The position numbers and the translations under genes are program-made. The notes below the pieces were generated by a model that was given only the letters and a program-made list of their open reading frames with translations, was not told the origin of the DNA and did no database searches. From contig CBDBLV010000002.1 in assembly GCA_965207225.1 (NCBI GenBank), positions 160,001-224,000 on the forward strand: a stretch of DNA of 64,000 nt. The letters run 5' to 3'. Shown piece after piece: positions 8,771 through 18,959 of this stretch (positions are counted from its first letter, which is position 1; every line of letters starts with the position of its first letter). This DNA is from Dehalococcoidia bacterium. GTDB taxonomy: Bacteria; Chloroflexota; Dehalococcoidia; Plut-88900.

Positions 8771-10354
8771 ATGAAGAAGAAGCACCTACAGCCACTCACG
8801 CCGGCAGCCCTCTACGCCAGGGTGTCCAGTGACCGGCAGGACGTGGACCTGTCCGTGTCCGCACAGCTTCGGGCGCTCAAGGAGTACGCGAAGGCCAACG
8901 GCTACTCCGTGGCCCGGGAGTACGTGGACGAGGCCGAGAGCGGCCGCGTCGCCGACAGGCCCCAGTTCAGGGATATGATCGAGGAGGGCGGCAAGGCCAA
9001 GGCCCCCTTCGAGGTCATCTTGGTATGGAAATTCAGCCGCTTCACCAGGAAGCGGGAGCACGCCGTGGCGTTCAAGGCCCAGCTGCGGCGCAAGGGCATC
9101 CGCGTGGTGTCCATCACCGAGCAGGCCGAGGACAACGCCACCGGCAGGCTGCTTGAGGGCATCATCGAGTCCGTGGACGAATATTACAGCGAAAATCTTG
9201 CGCAGGAGGTCGTCCGTGGCATGAGGGAGGCCGCGTCCCGGGGCTTCTTCCTCGCATCCAACGCCCCCTTCGGCTACAGGAAGATCAAGGTGCAGGACGG
9301 CCCCAAGGAGCGCCCCTCGCTTGAGGTTGACCCGGCCACGGCTCCCGTGGTGAAGGAGATATTCGAGAAGTCCCTGCGAGGCAGCGGCCTCAAGGAGCTG
9401 TGCAAGGAGCTGAACGACCGGGGCATCACCAACAGGGGAAAGCGCTGGTACAAGGGAACGCTTCACTATGTCCTGAGAAACGAGGCGTACACCGGAACCG
9501 CCGTCTGGGGAAAGACCAGCAAGGACGGACAGGCCCCGAACCCGGTGAGAGTGGAGGGAGCCTGGCCCGCGCTGGTGTCGAGGGAGCTGTTCGAGGATGT
9601 TCAGCAGGCGATGAGTGAGCGCGCCCCGAAGGTGCAGAGGCCCGGTAGAGTGGGGAGCAAATACCTGCTGAGCGGGCTGCTCAGGTGCGGGGTGTGCGGC
9701 AGGCCCTATCGCGCCCAGGGAGCCAAGAGCGGCCAGTTCGCCTACTACATCTGCAGTACCCTCCATCTAGAGGGCGCTGGGACGTGCACCGCCGACTATC
9801 TGAACGCCCCGAAGCTGGAGACCTTCGTCGTGGAGAAGATCAGGGAGCGGATACTGAACGAGGAGACCATCGTGGCCCTGGTGCAGCTTGTGGCCGAAGA
9901 GATCGACGCCATGGCCGGAGAACTATCCGGAAGGCTGGAGGTCGTTGAGGCGGAGCTGTCCGACGTACGAAAGCGTCTTGAGAAGCTCTACGAGGCCATT
10001 GAGACGAGCGAGTTGACCCTTGAGGTCCTGTCGCCCCGCATCATGTCTCTGAGGCATCGTGAGGAACAGTTGGAGGCTACAAGGGACGACGCTGAGACCC
10101 AGCTTGAGCAGAGGCGAGTGGAGCTGCCCAACACCGATGAGATAGCCCGGTACGTGGCGGACTTCCGGGAGTTCCTGAAGGACGGGACGATACCGGAGAA
10201 GAAGGTGCTCATCCGCAACTTCGTTGAGGACATCGAGGTGGAAGGAGACGAGGCGACGCTGACGTACACGGTCCCCATGCCGAGCGACGGGGCGATGTCA
10301 GAATCGGCCTCGGTTCTTGATTTTGTCAAGTCCAGCCCACCACCCCTCCATTGA
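8771..10354 (+). CDS. Large serine recombinase (resolvase + recombinase + Zn-ribbon + coiled coil)
   Basis: 'YARVSS', 'SRFTR', 'YLLSGLLRCGVCG', 'YYIC'; GGAGG RBS before ATG 8771. Confidence 0.95.
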   Translation: MKKKHLQPLTPAALYARVSSDRQDVDLSVSAQLRALKEYAKANGYSVAREYVDEAESGRVADRPQFRDMIEEGGKAKAPFEVILVWKFSRFTRKREHAVAFKAQLRRKGIRVVSITEQAEDNATGRLLEGIIESVDEYYSENLAQEVVRGMREAASRGFFLASNAPFGYRKIKVQDGPKERPSLEVDPATAPVVKEIFEKSLRGSGLKELCKELNDRGITNRGKRWYKGTLHYVLRNEAYTGTAVWGKTSKDGQAPNPVRVEGAWPALVSRELFEDVQQAMSERAPKVQRPGRVGSKYLLSGLLRCGVCGRPYRAQGAKSGQFAYYICSTLHLEGAGTCTADYLNAPKLETFVVEKIRERILNEETIVALVQLVAEEIDAMAGELSGRLEVVEAELSDVRKRLEKLYEAIETSELTLEVLSPRIMSLRHREEQLEATRDDAETQLEQRRVELPNTDEIARYVADFREFLKDGTIPEKKVLIRNFVEDIEVEGDEATLTYTVPMPSDGAMSESASVLDFVKSSPPPLH

Positions 10355-10380
10355 CACCCCCGCCCGACCCCAACTACACT
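10351..10380 (+). promoter_or_regulatory. sigma70 promoter for sthA
   Basis: TTGACA-N18-TACACT, followed closely by GTG 10385. Confidence 0.5.
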
Positions 10381-10384
10381 GCCT

Positions 10385-11848
10385 GTGCGTACCAGGTGGT
10401 TTACTCAAGGAGTTTTCTTGAGCCTTTCGAGCGACAGCGGGCGGTACGACATGTTCGTCATCGGCACAGGTCCCGCTGGTCAACGCGCCGCCATCCAGGC
10501 TGCTAAGTTGGGCAAGAAAGTCGGCATCTGCGAACGCAGGGAGGTCGTCGGCGGGGTATGCATCAACACCGGCACCATCCCCTCCAAGACCTTCCGTGAA
10601 GCCGTCCTCTACCTCACCGGTTTCCGCCAGCGCGGCATCTACGGCTCTTCCTTCACCGTCAAGGAAGATATCTCCATGGCCGAAGACCTCCTCTTCCGCT
10701 GCAACCACGTCATCGTCCAGGAGACCGAGGTCATCCGCCACCAGATGCGCCGCAATCGCGTCCAGGTTCTACAGGGCGAGGGAGTGTTCGAAGGGCCTAA
10801 CACCCTTGCAGTTGTTGGCAGAAGCGGCACCGCCCGAGTCGAAGCCGACAAGATCGTCATCGCCACCGGTACCAACCCCGCACCCCTCCCCGGCTTCGAC
10901 GTCGACAGCCGCGTCATCGTCGACTCCGACGGTGTCCTCGGCCTCGACTCCATACCCCGCACCATGACCGTGGTCGGGGCCGGAGTCATCGGAATTGAAT
11001 ACGCCTCCATCTTCGCCGCCCTCGGCGCCGACGTAACCGTTGTCGAAAAGCGCTCTGGCGTCCTCGATTTCGTCGACAGGGAACTGACCGAGGCCCTCGT
11101 CTACCACATGCGCGACATGGGCTGCATCTTCCGCTTGCGCGAAGAAGTCGAGCGGGTGGAGTCCGAAAATGGCAGGGCCGTCGCTTACCTCAAGTCGGGA
11201 AAGACCATAGCCTCCGATATCCTCATGTATTCCGTTGGTCGGGTGGGCGCAACGGCAGCCCTCAACCTGGATTCCGCCGGCCTCACCTCAGACGAACGGG
11301 GCCGCATTCCCGTCGACGAACACTACCAGACCGAGCAGCCCCACATCTACGCCGTTGGAGACGTTGTGGGATTCCCCTCCCTCGCCTCTACATCCATGGA
11401 GCAGGGCAGATCAGCCGCCTGCCACGCCTTCGGCATCGAGTACCACTCCTCCCCCGACAAATTCCCATTCGGCATCTACTCCGTCCCCGAGCTTTCCATG
11501 GTCGGCGGCACCGAGCAGGCTCTCACCGATGCCGGTGTCCCCTACGAGGTTGGCCTCGCCCGGTACCGAGAGATCGCCCGGGGCAACATCCTCGGCGACG
11601 ACACAGGCATGTTGAAGCTCCTCTTCCACCGCGACACCCGGGAGCTCCTGGGCATCCACATCATCGGAGCAGAGGCCACCGAGCTTATCCACATCGGCCA
11701 GGCCGTCCTCGCCTTCCGCGGCACCCTCGACTACTTCGTCAACACCGTCTTCAACTACCCCACCCTCGCCGAGTGCTACAAAGTCGCCGCCCTCGACTGC
11801 TACAACAAGATCGGCCCCGCCCCCGTCTCCCTCGCCCACGCCAATTAG
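10385..11848 (+). CDS. sthA: Soluble pyridine nucleotide transhydrogenase
   Basis: 'GTGPAG', 'GGVCINTGTIPSKT', 'FNYPTLAECYKVAALD'. Confidence 0.9.
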   Translation: MRTRWFTQGVFLSLSSDSGRYDMFVIGTGPAGQRAAIQAAKLGKKVGICERREVVGGVCINTGTIPSKTFREAVLYLTGFRQRGIYGSSFTVKEDISMAEDLLFRCNHVIVQETEVIRHQMRRNRVQVLQGEGVFEGPNTLAVVGRSGTARVEADKIVIATGTNPAPLPGFDVDSRVIVDSDGVLGLDSIPRTMTVVGAGVIGIEYASIFAALGADVTVVEKRSGVLDFVDRELTEALVYHMRDMGCIFRLREEVERVESENGRAVAYLKSGKTIASDILMYSVGRVGATAALNLDSAGLTSDERGRIPVDEHYQTEQPHIYAVGDVVGFPSLASTSMEQGRSAACHAFGIEYHSSPDKFPFGIYSVPELSMVGGTEQALTDAGVPYEVGLARYREIARGNILGDDTGMLKLLFHRDTRELLGIHIIGAEATELIHIGQAVLAFRGTLDYFVNTVFNYPTLAECYKVAALDCYNKIGPAPVSLAHAN

Positions 11849-11854
11849 CAAACT

Positions 11855-12880
11855 TCATTTGTCTGGAGTTACGGATGTGTAAGCTATCCGGGCAATATCC
11901 TCTATTGGAAAGCTAAAGTGAATCGTTTGGCCATTGGCGCCCGCGCTCGTTATAGGCTGCACATATATGGATTGGTTACCAAGAAGGATCAGCTCAAAAC
12001 TGCAAGATTTGGCCTCGACGTTACACATCCCTGAGACGTCATCTAGCAGAGTACCAACTATTGACCTATGGAACTCAATCTCTACTTGCGGGGCATATTC
12101 CAATGTGAATCTTGCATTTGTTTCCGCGATTTCTACTGCACTAGCCGTCAATACCAACACACCCATAGAGAGGAGGATGAAAAAGAACACAAGTAGAAAT
12201 ATTCTCAGTGTTCTGGTCTTGGCAGGATTATCATCAACGCTTGATGACTCATCCCTCCATACAAATCCGGAAGAGACTATGTAGGAGCCAAGGAGGATTA
12301 GTCCTGTGCGAAAAAACTCTCGCACTCCGAGAAGCCCCGGCCACATTGGTTGAGATTGCTCTCCTAATGGAGAAAATTCAGAAAAGAAGCCTGCACCAAC
12401 CATCACTAATCCGATCAATATTGTTGCCCAATGCCAAGTCTTTGCTCTTGGTACTCTTACTAGCCAAATCACCACCCAAAGCAATGTAATACCAATGCCT
12501 AAGATGGTTACATCAGGAGAAACCAACGCGTAGTCGAGTGGGTTCAGGTAATTTTCTGATGTTGGGATGTTCAAGTTTTCATAGTACGTCAGATAATATA
12601 TGCGCCCCATAAATGTTGAGAGCGCTACAAAGAATGCAAAACTTTGAGCCAAAAGCAGCAGATGTCTTAGATTGAGTGCCCTCATGGAAGTAGTCTCAGT
12701 CTGATGTTGAGTTCCTGTACCCATTGGATCATTACGAGCATTATTGGTAGAGCGACAAGTTGGAGCTATAAGCCGGGTTAAAATAAACAGAATCCCCGCA
12801 ACATAAAGTAGACCAATTCGCCGGATATTTGCGAATAGATCATTAATTGTTTTGCCAATAGTCCCTAGGGCGTTGATCAT
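11855..12880 (-). CDS. Hypothetical multi-pass membrane protein (AT-rich)
   Basis: 341-aa ORF with several hydrophobic helices; visibly lower GC than flanks; start uncertain. Confidence 0.6.
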   Translation of the reverse strand: MINALGTIGKTINDLFANIRRIGLLYVAGILFILTRLIAPTCRSTNNARNDPMGTGTQHQTETTSMRALNLRHLLLLAQSFAFFVALSTFMGRIYYLTYYENLNIPTSENYLNPLDYALVSPDVTILGIGITLLWVVIWLVRVPRAKTWHWATILIGLVMVGAGFFSEFSPLGEQSQPMWPGLLGVREFFRTGLILLGSYIVSSGFVWRDESSSVDDNPAKTRTLRIFLLVFFFILLSMGVLVLTASAVEIAETNARFTLEYAPQVEIEFHRSIVGTLLDDVSGMCNVEAKSCSFELILLGNQSIYVQPITSAGANGQTIHFSFPIEDIARIAYTSVTPDK

Positions 12881-12902
12881 TTAGATCACCACTCCCCACC
12901 CC

Positions 12903-13709
12903 CTACAACCCCCCCAACCCCCGACCCAGCTCTCTCACCAATCCCTCGTCCCCCGATACCTCCACCCGCCCCGACGCCATCGCATCCTCCATCCCAAGCC
13001 TTCCGCTTGAGAGCAGCACCAACGCCTCGCCATCGCATCGAATAGTCGCGCTCACATCCGCCGGAGCCGCGTCACCCCCGACAACCAGGTCCGGCACTTC
13101 ATTCCCATCCGTTAGCTCAAATCTGAACCGGGCCGGCCCCGTCGACGCCATACGCTCCAGCGTCATATTCCCGATAGCCAGCGCCCCCGGCAGCGACTCC
13201 GGGGCCATGTGGTAGTCGGGCTCCAGCGTGGAAAACGCGTCCCAGGCATGAATCGCCAGTTCGTTTACCACCAGGTCTACGAAGTCCGCCACGGTCATCG
13301 TACGCCACGGGTGCCAGCACGGCTTCTTGTAGTCCTCGGGCGTCAGTGAGTCCAGTAATTCAAACCCCTCCTGGTAGTTCTTGCTCAGCGCGTCCAGCAG
13401 CCCATCCCCGAGCTTCTCCCTCAGCCTGATCGCCCCCTGCGCTATCCTCACGTCCGCCGGTACATCCTCCGCCGCCGCCCGCCGGGCCCCCTCCGGCGCA
13501 TCGGATTCACCCTTCAAGCCCCGGGTCGTCATGTTCTTCTGGAACTGCACCACGAACACAACGTGCGCCACCACGTCCCCGACCTGCCACCTGTCGCACG
13601 CGCTCGCCCGATTAAAGTCCTCTGCGGACAACCCCCGCAGCCGACTCTCCAGCCGCGCAAACTCCCTCTTCGCCACCTCTATGTTCTCTCTGACCCTATC
13701 GCTAGCCAT
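12903..13709 (-). CDS. Maleylpyruvate isomerase/DinB-family (MDMPI) protein with SCP2-like C-terminus
   Basis: 'SACDRWQVGDVVAHV', 'ELAIHAWD'. Confidence 0.8.
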   Translation of the reverse strand: MASDRVRENIEVAKREFARLESRLRGLSAEDFNRASACDRWQVGDVVAHVVFVVQFQKNMTTRGLKGESDAPEGARRAAAEDVPADVRIAQGAIRLREKLGDGLLDALSKNYQEGFELLDSLTPEDYKKPCWHPWRTMTVADFVDLVVNELAIHAWDAFSTLEPDYHMAPESLPGALAIGNMTLERMASTGPARFRFELTDGNEVPDLVVGGDAAPADVSATIRCDGEALVLLSSGRLGMEDAMASGRVEVSGDEGLVRELGRGLGGL

Positions 13710-13780
13710 GCTCTCTCCTCCACTTCAGTTTGAGCCCTGGACATCTTAACTGCGTCAGCCCTGCATATGGACTCTTTCGC

Positions 13781-13810
13781 GAGAATCCGGCCCCCGGGGG
13801 CCGGATTCTC
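13781..13810. terminator. Perfect 30-bp palindrome, likely terminator of the lipoprotein gene
   Basis: GAGAATCCGGCCCCCGGGGGCCGGATTCTC is self-reverse-complementary. Confidence 0.6.
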
Positions 13811-13849
13811 CTGTTTCCAGGTCGGATGCCCGACTATGGCGGGTATATC

Positions 13850-14971
13850 CTATTGAGCCGAACTTATTGCGTTCGTAAAGGCCATCTGTAACGTTTCCAG
13901 CTCTTCGTCCGTCATGCAATCGTACTGCCCCAGGCCCGCGTCCGTGATCGCAACGAACTCATCCGGGTCCATCGCCATCATGTTCTCGATGCCGGACTGG
14001 ACCAGCGCCATGTACTCCGGCTGCTCTTTCGCGAATCCCCTTAGACACTCCAGGGACTCATCGCTGAAATCGCCAAGCCCCCATTCCAGGCCCCTTACGA
14101 AGATCTCAATATTGGTCTCCGGCTCGATGCAGTGGATAACCTTGTTTGCAATCGTCACCGCCTGCAGCGGCGTGGTGGTGGCCACGGCTGCCATCTCCTC
14201 CGCCGACAGGTCCCCCATCACGCAGGCCAACTCTTCCTCTGACAGCAGCCCGACAACATCGGCCCCCGTGGCTTGGGCGTTCCGGTCTACGCCTATCCAA
14301 AGCGCTAGCGTGAACTCCTGCTTCTCCTTGTTGGACATGCAGTCGTACACCTGCAGGTTGTAGAGATTTGTTTCACTTGCGTCGGCTGTCGAATCTCCCT
14401 GATAGGCCAGTCCTAGCCTCACGTAGATAGCGTTCGGGTGTCTCCTCCCGACTTCCGTAATGCATGCCCGCGTTTCCTCTTCCCATCCCGTTGACTGGGC
14501 TTCCATGAACGCCACGCCAATGAGCACCAGGTTGTCCTCTTCGATACACCCGAATATGGGTGCTGCCGCCTCCGGACTCGCCGACGCCTGCACTATCGGA
14601 GCGTCCATCATCAACCCGAAAAATGCCTCCCCGATGGCTTCCTTGATGCAGTTTGTCTCTGCTTCGGAGAGTGACCCGAACAATTCGCTCCCAGTCGTCG
14701 TCGGCGTGATTACCAGCGTCTCCAGCGGGTTCATCGCGGCGGGTTCTTCCTCGGGCTCGGGGGCGATTGTGGGGGGAGCGGGAGCAGGGGTCGCCGTGGG
14801 TGGGACAGGTGTGGCCGCAGGGGGAACTGGTGTGGCCGTAGGCGGCGTGGGTGTCGCCGTAGGCTCGGGAGTGGCGGTGGGATCGGACCCGCAGGCCGCG
14901 ACTGCAAGCGCCAGCAACAATGTCAACGAAACAACCCACAACCACCGCTTTTTTAGCATCGACGTAATCAT
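13850..14971 (-). CDS. Lipoprotein with Pro/Thr linker and Cys-containing repeats
   Basis: Lipobox 'LAVAACG', PTATP repeats, repeated E-x-x-C motifs. Confidence 0.8.
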   Translation of the reverse strand: MITSMLKKRWLWVVSLTLLLALAVAACGSDPTATPEPTATPTPPTATPVPPAATPVPPTATPAPAPPTIAPEPEEEPAAMNPLETLVITPTTTGSELFGSLSEAETNCIKEAIGEAFFGLMMDAPIVQASASPEAAAPIFGCIEEDNLVLIGVAFMEAQSTGWEEETRACITEVGRRHPNAIYVRLGLAYQGDSTADASETNLYNLQVYDCMSNKEKQEFTLALWIGVDRNAQATGADVVGLLSEEELACVMGDLSAEEMAAVATTTPLQAVTIANKVIHCIEPETNIEIFVRGLEWGLGDFSDESLECLRGFAKEQPEYMALVQSGIENMMAMDPDEFVAITDAGLGQYDCMTDEELETLQMAFTNAISSAQ

Positions 14972-15154
14972 CTTTAGGTCTCCTATAGCGTCAGCAAGAT
15001 ATTTTCCGCTTCCGTGAGTTTATGAAATGCCGATTGAGTGCGCAAGTGACCATGTATCAACTGTCCATGGACTTGGCCTTATAATGGTGCCGAGGCCCCA
15101 GGCTTCTACCTTGTTTACCGGTACCCGCAATAGAGCAGGAAGGCATAGGCGAAC

Positions 15155-15571
15155 ATGGAATTCTTGAAACGGATCGTAGCGATCTACCTTGTTCTGACCG
15201 CCCTGGCCGTCTTCTTCAACTTCATCCTCACCCCCGTCTACCACGACGGCTCGCCGGAATACCCGATCTGGGAGTGGATTAACTACTTCATGGCCGCGGG
15301 CGTGGTGCTGGCCCTCATCGCGAACTTCGCTAGAAAGCGCTCCTCCACCGACCCCTACGCCACCGACGCCGACGTCATGTGGGCCAACATCGCCCTGTAT
15401 GCGTCCATTGCACTGGCCATGCTCTTCTTCTGGCAGTACCTCTGGCTGATGTACCCCGAAAACGAGACAGGCGACGCCGCCCTCTCCCACACCATCTACT
15501 TCCCCCTGGTAGACGCCCTATACGTCGTCGTCACCCTGGACTCGGTGCGCTTCCTCTGGCGGAGGGAATAG
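15155..15571 (+). CDS. Hypothetical 4-TM membrane protein
   Basis: 138-aa ORF with host-like codon usage and hydrophobic helices. Confidence 0.7.
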   Translation: MEFLKRIVAIYLVLTALAVFFNFILTPVYHDGSPEYPIWEWINYFMAAGVVLALIANFARKRSSTDPYATDADVMWANIALYASIALAMLFFWQYLWLMYPENETGDAALSHTIYFPLVDALYVVVTLDSVRFLWRRE

Positions 15572-15680
15572 GACACAGGGAATCTCCCAAATAGCCACAC
15601 GCCTGTTCCTTCTCGAAGAGGGCTCCGGCACTAATTCTGTTAATTTGGCCGGCGTCGGGTCTTAGATATCTGTCTGCACT

Positions 15681-17063
15681 TTGGCGATGCTAGCTGAACT
15701 TAAGTCCCACCTTAGGCAATGGGACTGGCGTCTTTTCGCCTTTATCCTCCTGTTTATCGGCCTTCCCAACGTATACCAGCTATACAGAGTCCGATTAATC
15801 GGGAATGAATTACCTGATACCGGCGCTCTGGCTATAGTGTCGCAATGGCAATTCGTCGGACTGGCCGTCGAAGTGTTCCAGGAAGCCACCGTCCTTGCAA
15901 TTTTCTTTTTTCTCGGGTCTCAGATACGCAATGGGGCAGCCATACAACTGGATAGGGCAAAGAGCGTATTCGCTCTTATCCTCGGCGTAGCCCTTGCCTT
16001 CTCAATTGGGATATTCCTGTTTCGAGATGCGTTCATCACGCTTATAGGAACCTCTCCCGACATCCAGGCGCAAACCCGAACCTTCTTGGGAATAAGCATA
16101 TTCAGCGTTCCCTTCGCCCTCATGTCCGCCGCCATCATTGTTCTCTTTGAAGCCCTACGGCTCAGAACCCTGGTACTCGTAATGGCAATCGTCAATGTCG
16201 TCCTGCGCTTTGTGCTGGACAGCTTGTTTTTCGGCGGTTATGCATTCTCCTTGGAAGGCTCTACTGCAAACGTGGGCTGGTCCACGCTTTTGGCTAGTGT
16301 TGGAGTGTTCACCATCGCCCTGCTCCTACTCGTTAGGGTCAAAGACATTTCGCCGCGGAGTCTTCTGACCCTCCCGACGTTTTCTGACATGCGCGAATAC
16401 TTCAGGGTTGGCCTTGGCAGTGGCCTTGATAGCCTGATTCGCAATATCGCCTATTTCTTCATGATCGTCCGCATTGTCAACACCATAGGCTCCACCGAGA
16501 TTGGCGGGTATTACCTTGCCATGCAGATACTCTGGAGCTTCATGCTAGTCCCAATACTGGCCTTGGCCGACTCCGCCAAAGCCATGGTGGCCAATGCGTC
16601 CAACGACATTGAAAAAGTAAAAGTGCTTTGGCGTAGTTCCATGCTTATCACCGCAGGCATGATCCTTGTTTGGATCGCCATCGTTCCCGTCCTTCCAAAC
16701 TTCGCAAGATTCCTGTCCAATGATCCGGAGGCCGTAAGTTGGGCCACAACCACCTTAGCCATTCTTTTTGTGCCTTACGTCCTGTTTGCATTTAACGCTA
16801 TGACAGACAGTGTTTTCTATGGCATAGGAAAGACCCAATACCTCGCCTATCAAGCCTTTCTAACTAACGGCACAGTCTATCTCGCTGCATTCTTGCTCCA
16901 TATAACCGGGGCATGGCAGGTCACTTTTGAAGGTGTCATGTTGTTGTTCTCTCTCGGAATCCTGGTTGACTCTGTGCTAACCCTTTATTTCCTAGTTAAA
17001 ATACTGTACTCAGACCAATCCTCGCTGTTGCCTGAACCCGAAAGACCCACCCCACAGGAGTAA
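15681..17063 (+). CDS. MATE-family efflux transporter
   Basis: About 12 TM; 'DSVFYGIGKTQYL', 'LDSLIRNIAY'. Confidence 0.75.
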   Translation: MAMLAELKSHLRQWDWRLFAFILLFIGLPNVYQLYRVRLIGNELPDTGALAIVSQWQFVGLAVEVFQEATVLAIFFFLGSQIRNGAAIQLDRAKSVFALILGVALAFSIGIFLFRDAFITLIGTSPDIQAQTRTFLGISIFSVPFALMSAAIIVLFEALRLRTLVLVMAIVNVVLRFVLDSLFFGGYAFSLEGSTANVGWSTLLASVGVFTIALLLLVRVKDISPRSLLTLPTFSDMREYFRVGLGSGLDSLIRNIAYFFMIVRIVNTIGSTEIGGYYLAMQILWSFMLVPILALADSAKAMVANASNDIEKVKVLWRSSMLITAGMILVWIAIVPVLPNFARFLSNDPEAVSWATTTLAILFVPYVLFAFNAMTDSVFYGIGKTQYLAYQAFLTNGTVYLAAFLLHITGAWQVTFEGVMLLFSLGILVDSVLTLYFLVKILYSDQSSLLPEPERPTPQE

Positions 17064-17069
17064 CCCCCA

Positions 17070-18863
17070 GTGCCCGCCGACATCACAGACCCCAGTGGCA
17101 TCGAATATGCCTTAGAGTCCCGTAAAGGCTCGACCGAAGACAATCCCCTCGCCCTTCGCCGAGAGTCCATCCGACACTCTGCCTCCCACATCATGGCCGA
17201 GGCCGTCCAGTCCATCTTCCCCGAGGTCAAGTTCGCCATCGGCCCCCCCACCGAGGACGGCTTCTACTACGACTTTGACCTGCCTCGGGCGCTAACCGAC
17301 GAAGACCTTCCCGCCATTGAGAAGAAAATGGCCGAGACCGTCGCCGCCGACCTCCCCTTCCAGCGCACCCAGGCTCCCCGTCCCGAGGCCAATCGCCTCT
17401 TCCACGACCAACCCTTCAAGCTTGAAATCATCGAGGCCATACAAGACGACTCCCTGGGCATATACACCCACGGCAATTTCTCTGACCTCTGCAACGGTCC
17501 CCACGTCGAATCGACGGGGCAGGTGCCTGCATTTAAGCTGCTCAGCGTGGCCGGCGCCTACTGGCGCGGCGACGAAAACCGGCCCATGCTCCAGCGCATC
17601 TACGGTACTGCCTTCGAGTCGCAGGACGCCCTCGACACCTACCTTAATCGGCTTGAAGAAGCCGCCAGGCGTGACCACCGCAAGCTGGGCCGAGACCTCG
17701 GCCTGTTCACCGTCCACAATGAGCTTGGTGCAGGCCTGATCTGCTGGCATCCCAAGGGCGCCCGGGTCCGCAGCCTCGTGGAGGACTTCTGGCGGGAGCT
17801 TCACCTCGACTCGGGCTACTCCCTGGTCTATTCACCCCATATCGGCAAGTCCCGACTCTGGGAGACCAGCGGCCACCTCCAGTTCTACAGCGAGAACATG
17901 TACGCCCCCCTGGAGATAGACGACCAGGACTACTACCTGAAACCCATGAACTGCCCCTTCCACATCCTCATGTACCGCTCATCGCTGCGGAGCTACCGGG
18001 AGCTGCCGATGAGGCTGGCAGAGCTGGGCACCGTCTACCGCTACGAACGGACCGGCGTCCTCCACGGACTCCTGCGAGTCCGGGGGTTCACCCAGGACGA
18101 CGCCCATATCTTTTGCCGCCCCGACCAGCTGGAAGCCGAGGTCCGAGGCGTCCTCGACCTCACCTTCCGCCTCCTCGGCGCCTTTGGGTTCAGCGACTAC
18201 CAGGTCTATCTCTCCGACCGCCCAGAGAAATACGTCGGAGACCTTTCCGAATGGGACACCGCCACCAGCGCCCTTCGCAACACCCTTGAAGAGATGGGCC
18301 TGGACTACAAGGTGGACTCCGGGGGAGGGGCTTTCTACGGGCCCAAGATCGACGTGAAAATTGAGGACGCCATAGGCCGGGACTGGCAGTGCACAACCGT
18401 CCAGTTCGACTTCAACCTCCCCCGCCGCTTCGACCTGTCCTATATCGGAGAAGATGGCCGGGAGCACAGGCCCTACATGGTCCATCGTGCCATCCTTGGC
18501 TCCATGGAACGCTTCATGGGCGTGCTGATTGAGCACTACGGCGGAGCGTTCCCCGTCTGGCTGGCACCCGTTCAGGCTGCCATAGTCCCCATCACCGACC
18601 GCCACCTTGAATACTGCCAGGCAGCGGCGGCAAAGATGTCTGCGGCCGGGCTTCGTGTGGAAGTTGACGACCGCAGCGAGCGCATGAACCGGAAAATTCG
18701 CGACGCCCAGCTCAACAAGATCCCCTACATGATGATAGTGGGCGACAAAGAGGTCGCCGCCGACACCCTGTCCGTTCGAAAGCGCAACGGCGAGGACCTC
18801 GGCCCCACACCCCTCTCCGCCGTCATAGAAATGCTCCGGTCGGACATCGCCGCCAGGGCGTAG
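17070..18863 (+). CDS. thrS: Threonine--tRNA ligase
   Basis: 'RHSASHIMA', 'AGAYWRGD', 'KPMNCP', 'GAFYGPKID', 'HRAILGSMERF'. Confidence 0.97.
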   Translation: MPADITDPSGIEYALESRKGSTEDNPLALRRESIRHSASHIMAEAVQSIFPEVKFAIGPPTEDGFYYDFDLPRALTDEDLPAIEKKMAETVAADLPFQRTQAPRPEANRLFHDQPFKLEIIEAIQDDSLGIYTHGNFSDLCNGPHVESTGQVPAFKLLSVAGAYWRGDENRPMLQRIYGTAFESQDALDTYLNRLEEAARRDHRKLGRDLGLFTVHNELGAGLICWHPKGARVRSLVEDFWRELHLDSGYSLVYSPHIGKSRLWETSGHLQFYSENMYAPLEIDDQDYYLKPMNCPFHILMYRSSLRSYRELPMRLAELGTVYRYERTGVLHGLLRVRGFTQDDAHIFCRPDQLEAEVRGVLDLTFRLLGAFGFSDYQVYLSDRPEKYVGDLSEWDTATSALRNTLEEMGLDYKVDSGGGAFYGPKIDVKIEDAIGRDWQCTTVQFDFNLPRRFDLSYIGEDGREHRPYMVHRAILGSMERFMGVLIEHYGGAFPVWLAPVQAAIVPITDRHLEYCQAAAAKMSAAGLRVEVDDRSERMNRKIRDAQLNKIPYMMIVGDKEVAADTLSVRKRNGEDLGPTPLSAVIEMLRSDIAARA

Positions 18864-18959
18864 AGCCTTCATCCCTTACGGTCATCCCCACCTCCTTCCC
18901 ATCCCCCGGTCCCCTCTCCATCATCCCCGACTTCTCGGGAATGTGAGTTTAGAGAATCC

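Larger units (their letters stand above)
1..10342. mobile_element. Integrative (serine-recombinase) defence island, right part; left end lies outside the window
   Basis: Cluster of R-M-like, Shedu, replication-relaxation, excisionase-like HTH, TA, HEPN and large serine recombinase genes; ends at a tRNA-3'-like remnant (AGCCCACCA 10334-10342) just before housekeeping sthA. Confidence 0.8.

Noticed and set aside
17070-17170. Short N-terminus of ThrS (no clear TGS domain) as a pseudogene sign
   Set aside because: Editing, catalytic and anticodon domains are intact; TGS-less ThrRS variants are known
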